This document shows positions 62,957 through 64,000 of a DNA stretch of 64,000 nt, piece after piece. The DNA is from an uncultured Chloroflexia bacterium (GTDB lineage: Bacteria; Chloroflexota; Limnocylindria; Limnocylindrales; CSP1-4). The translations under genes were made by a program, and so were the position numbers. The notes beneath the pieces are model-generated. The model searched no databases and was not told the origin of the DNA. It saw nothing but the letters and a program-made list of their open reading frames with translations. Each line of letters begins with the position of its first letter. Position 1 is the first letter of the stretch. Location of the stretch: contig CAVVJX010000009.1 in NCBI GenBank assembly GCA_963748675.1, forward strand, positions 456,713-520,712. Direction: 5' to 3'.

Positions 62957-63291
62957 TCGAACGCGCGACCACCCATGAGGTGGATGTGCAGGTGATCGAC
63001 CGACTGGCCGCCCCAACGCCCCACGTTCGAGACGAGCCGATAGCCGTCGTCGGCGATCCCCTCCGACCTCGCAAGGTCCGCAGCCACCGCGAACATCCGG
63101 CCGAGCAGCGGTCCATCCGCGTCCGTCAGTTCGAGTGCCGAGGCGATGTGCCGGCGCGAGATCAGCAGGATGTGGGTCGGGGCTCGAGGGGCGATGTCAC
63201 GGATCGCGAGGACCTCGTCGTCCTCGAACAGCCGGGTGGCCGGCACATCCTTGGCCACGATCCCGCAGAACAGGCAAGGGGCGGTGGACAT
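62941..63291 (-). CDS. HIT-family (histidine triad) nucleotide hydrolase
   Basis: CLFCGIV..., and the histidine triad HLHIHLMGG. Confidence 0.88.
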   Translation of the reverse strand: MSTAPCLFCGIVAKDVPATRLFEDDEVLAIRDIAPRAPTHILLISRRHIASALELTDADGPLLGRMFAVAADLARSEGIADDGYRLVSNVGRWGGQSVDHLHIHLMGGRAFEWPPG

Positions 63292-63310
63292 CAGGGACTC
63301 CTTCGGGGCC

Positions 63311-63769
63311 TCAGAACGAGGGCTTCGTGCTCATGAGGAAGCCGATCACCCCCACGAGCGCCGCCATCAGGTACGACACGTAGCGCTGGCGTCGGGCGCG
63401 TGCCTTCCAGACCGCATCGTCGGCTGCCGCCTTGATGCCGACGAGCCGGCGCAGGTTCGGCCGCTGGATGAAGAACGCGATCGCGAGGTTGACGGAGTAG
63501 ATGACGAGCGCGACGAGCAGCCACGGCTGCGCGAGCATCTGCGGCCCGAGGATCGAAATCAGCGCCAGGCCGGACAGCGCGAGGCCGGCCCCGATGACCA
63601 CCGTGCCATGCGACTGCGCCCACAGGAGGGCACGAACGACACCGCTCTCCGACTCGACGGTCGCGCGCCGGCTCCGCAGCGTGAACGGCAGCAGGATCGA
63701 CGGCAGGAACAGGCTGATCGCCAGGCCGACGTGGACGGCGAGGACGATCGGGAAGAGGGTCGCGGGCAT
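63311..63769 (-). CDS. small integral membrane protein (4 TM, DUF2269-like)
   Basis: 152 aa with four hydrophobic spans. High third-position GC in this frame. Confidence 0.55.
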   Translation of the reverse strand: MPATLFPIVLAVHVGLAISLFLPSILLPFTLRSRRATVESESGVVRALLWAQSHGTVVIGAGLALSGLALISILGPQMLAQPWLLVALVIYSVNLAIAFFIQRPNLRRLVGIKAAADDAVWKARARRQRYVSYLMAALVGVIGFLMSTKPSF

Positions 63770-63789
63770 CGGACTGGGATTGTAGGGTC

Positions 63790-63852
63790 GGCGCGGCCGG
63801 AGAGCCCGTTGGCGCGGCCGGAGAGCCCGTCGGCGCGGCTGGAGTGCCCGTC
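63790..63852. repeat. three tandem 21-nt units in the prmA/membrane-protein intergenic region
   Basis: ggcgcggccggagagcccgtt / ggcgcggccggagagcccgtc / ggcgcggctggagtgcccgtc. The last unit runs into the prmA stop codon. Confidence 0.85.
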
Positions 63853-64000
63853 AGCCCGGCCTGACCGCCGTGAGCGCCACCCAGTCGCCTTCCGCGGTGC
63901 GCTCGTGGATCGCCAGCCCGGCCGCCTCGAACGCGGACCGGACCTCGGCCTCGCGATCGACGAAGATCCCAGACGCCAGGAGCGTCCCGCCCGGCCGCAA
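63851..64000 (-). CDS. prmA: C-terminal 49 codons of a probable ribosomal protein L11 methyltransferase (5' part outside the window)
   Basis: LRPGGTLLASGIFVDREAEVRSAFEAAGLAIHERTAEGDWVALTAVRPG resembles the PrmA C-terminus. Stop TGA at 63851-63853. Confidence 0.6.
   Translation of the reverse strand: MRPGGTLLASGIFVDREAEVRSAFEAAGLAIHERTAEGDWVALTAVRPG

Overview
64-kb, roughly 70% G+C, gene-dense chromosomal segment with about 58 protein genes. I found no rRNA, tRNA, CRISPR array, transposase, integrase or phage genes. The housekeeping string prmA-HIT-rpsU-yqeY-pgpH-ybeY-pth-mfd, the many lipobox lipoproteins and the Pro/Thr-rich linkers suggest a high-GC monoderm-type bacterium (Actinomycetota- or Chloroflexota-like); I cannot place it more precisely.

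Content in order:
- trpS, an AI-2E transporter, surE and a yidB-like gene.
- A four-gene ABC system on the minus strand: two very large double-FtsX permeases plus two MacB-type ATPases. One ATPase carries an AbrB/SpoVT-like tail.
- A PPOX/F420-type protein.
- An operon of an Ig-like / ~300-residue (S/T)-P repeat / TM-anchored protein, coupled to a GAF-GGDEF-EAL membrane protein.
- An aminotransferase and an arginase-family gene.
- A cobalamin-riboswitch-controlled btuFCD-cobS-cobU-cobT-cobC-lipoprotein operon.
- A four-gene cassette of secreted proteins and lipoproteins of unknown function, one with a variant metzincin motif.
- A small SWIM zinc-finger protein.
- manC, a phosphomannomutase and a stand-alone cupin.
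- A secreted C39-like cysteine peptidase with atypical composition.
- An XRE-cupin regulator divergent from potADBC-glcG.
- metK, a Na+/H+ antiporter and an S9 peptidase.
- An apt / mtnA-GNAT-ahcY cluster for recycling SAM by-products.
- An MFS transporter, mfd, pth, ybeY, pgpH, yqeY and rpsU.
- An acyl-CoA ligase, a HIT protein and the prmA 3' end.

Main caveat: five single-base indels, all in short homopolymers, break four otherwise conserved genes (the repeat protein twice, the arginase-family gene, the MFS gene and mfd). This looks more like assembly or sequencing error than biology, but I cannot decide that from the sequence alone.

I see no clear-cut novel defence or mobile system. The most unusual loci are the ABC system with the AbrB-tailed ATPase, the repeat-protein/GGDEF-EAL operon, the secreted four-gene cassette and the orphan lipoprotein at the end of the B12 operon.
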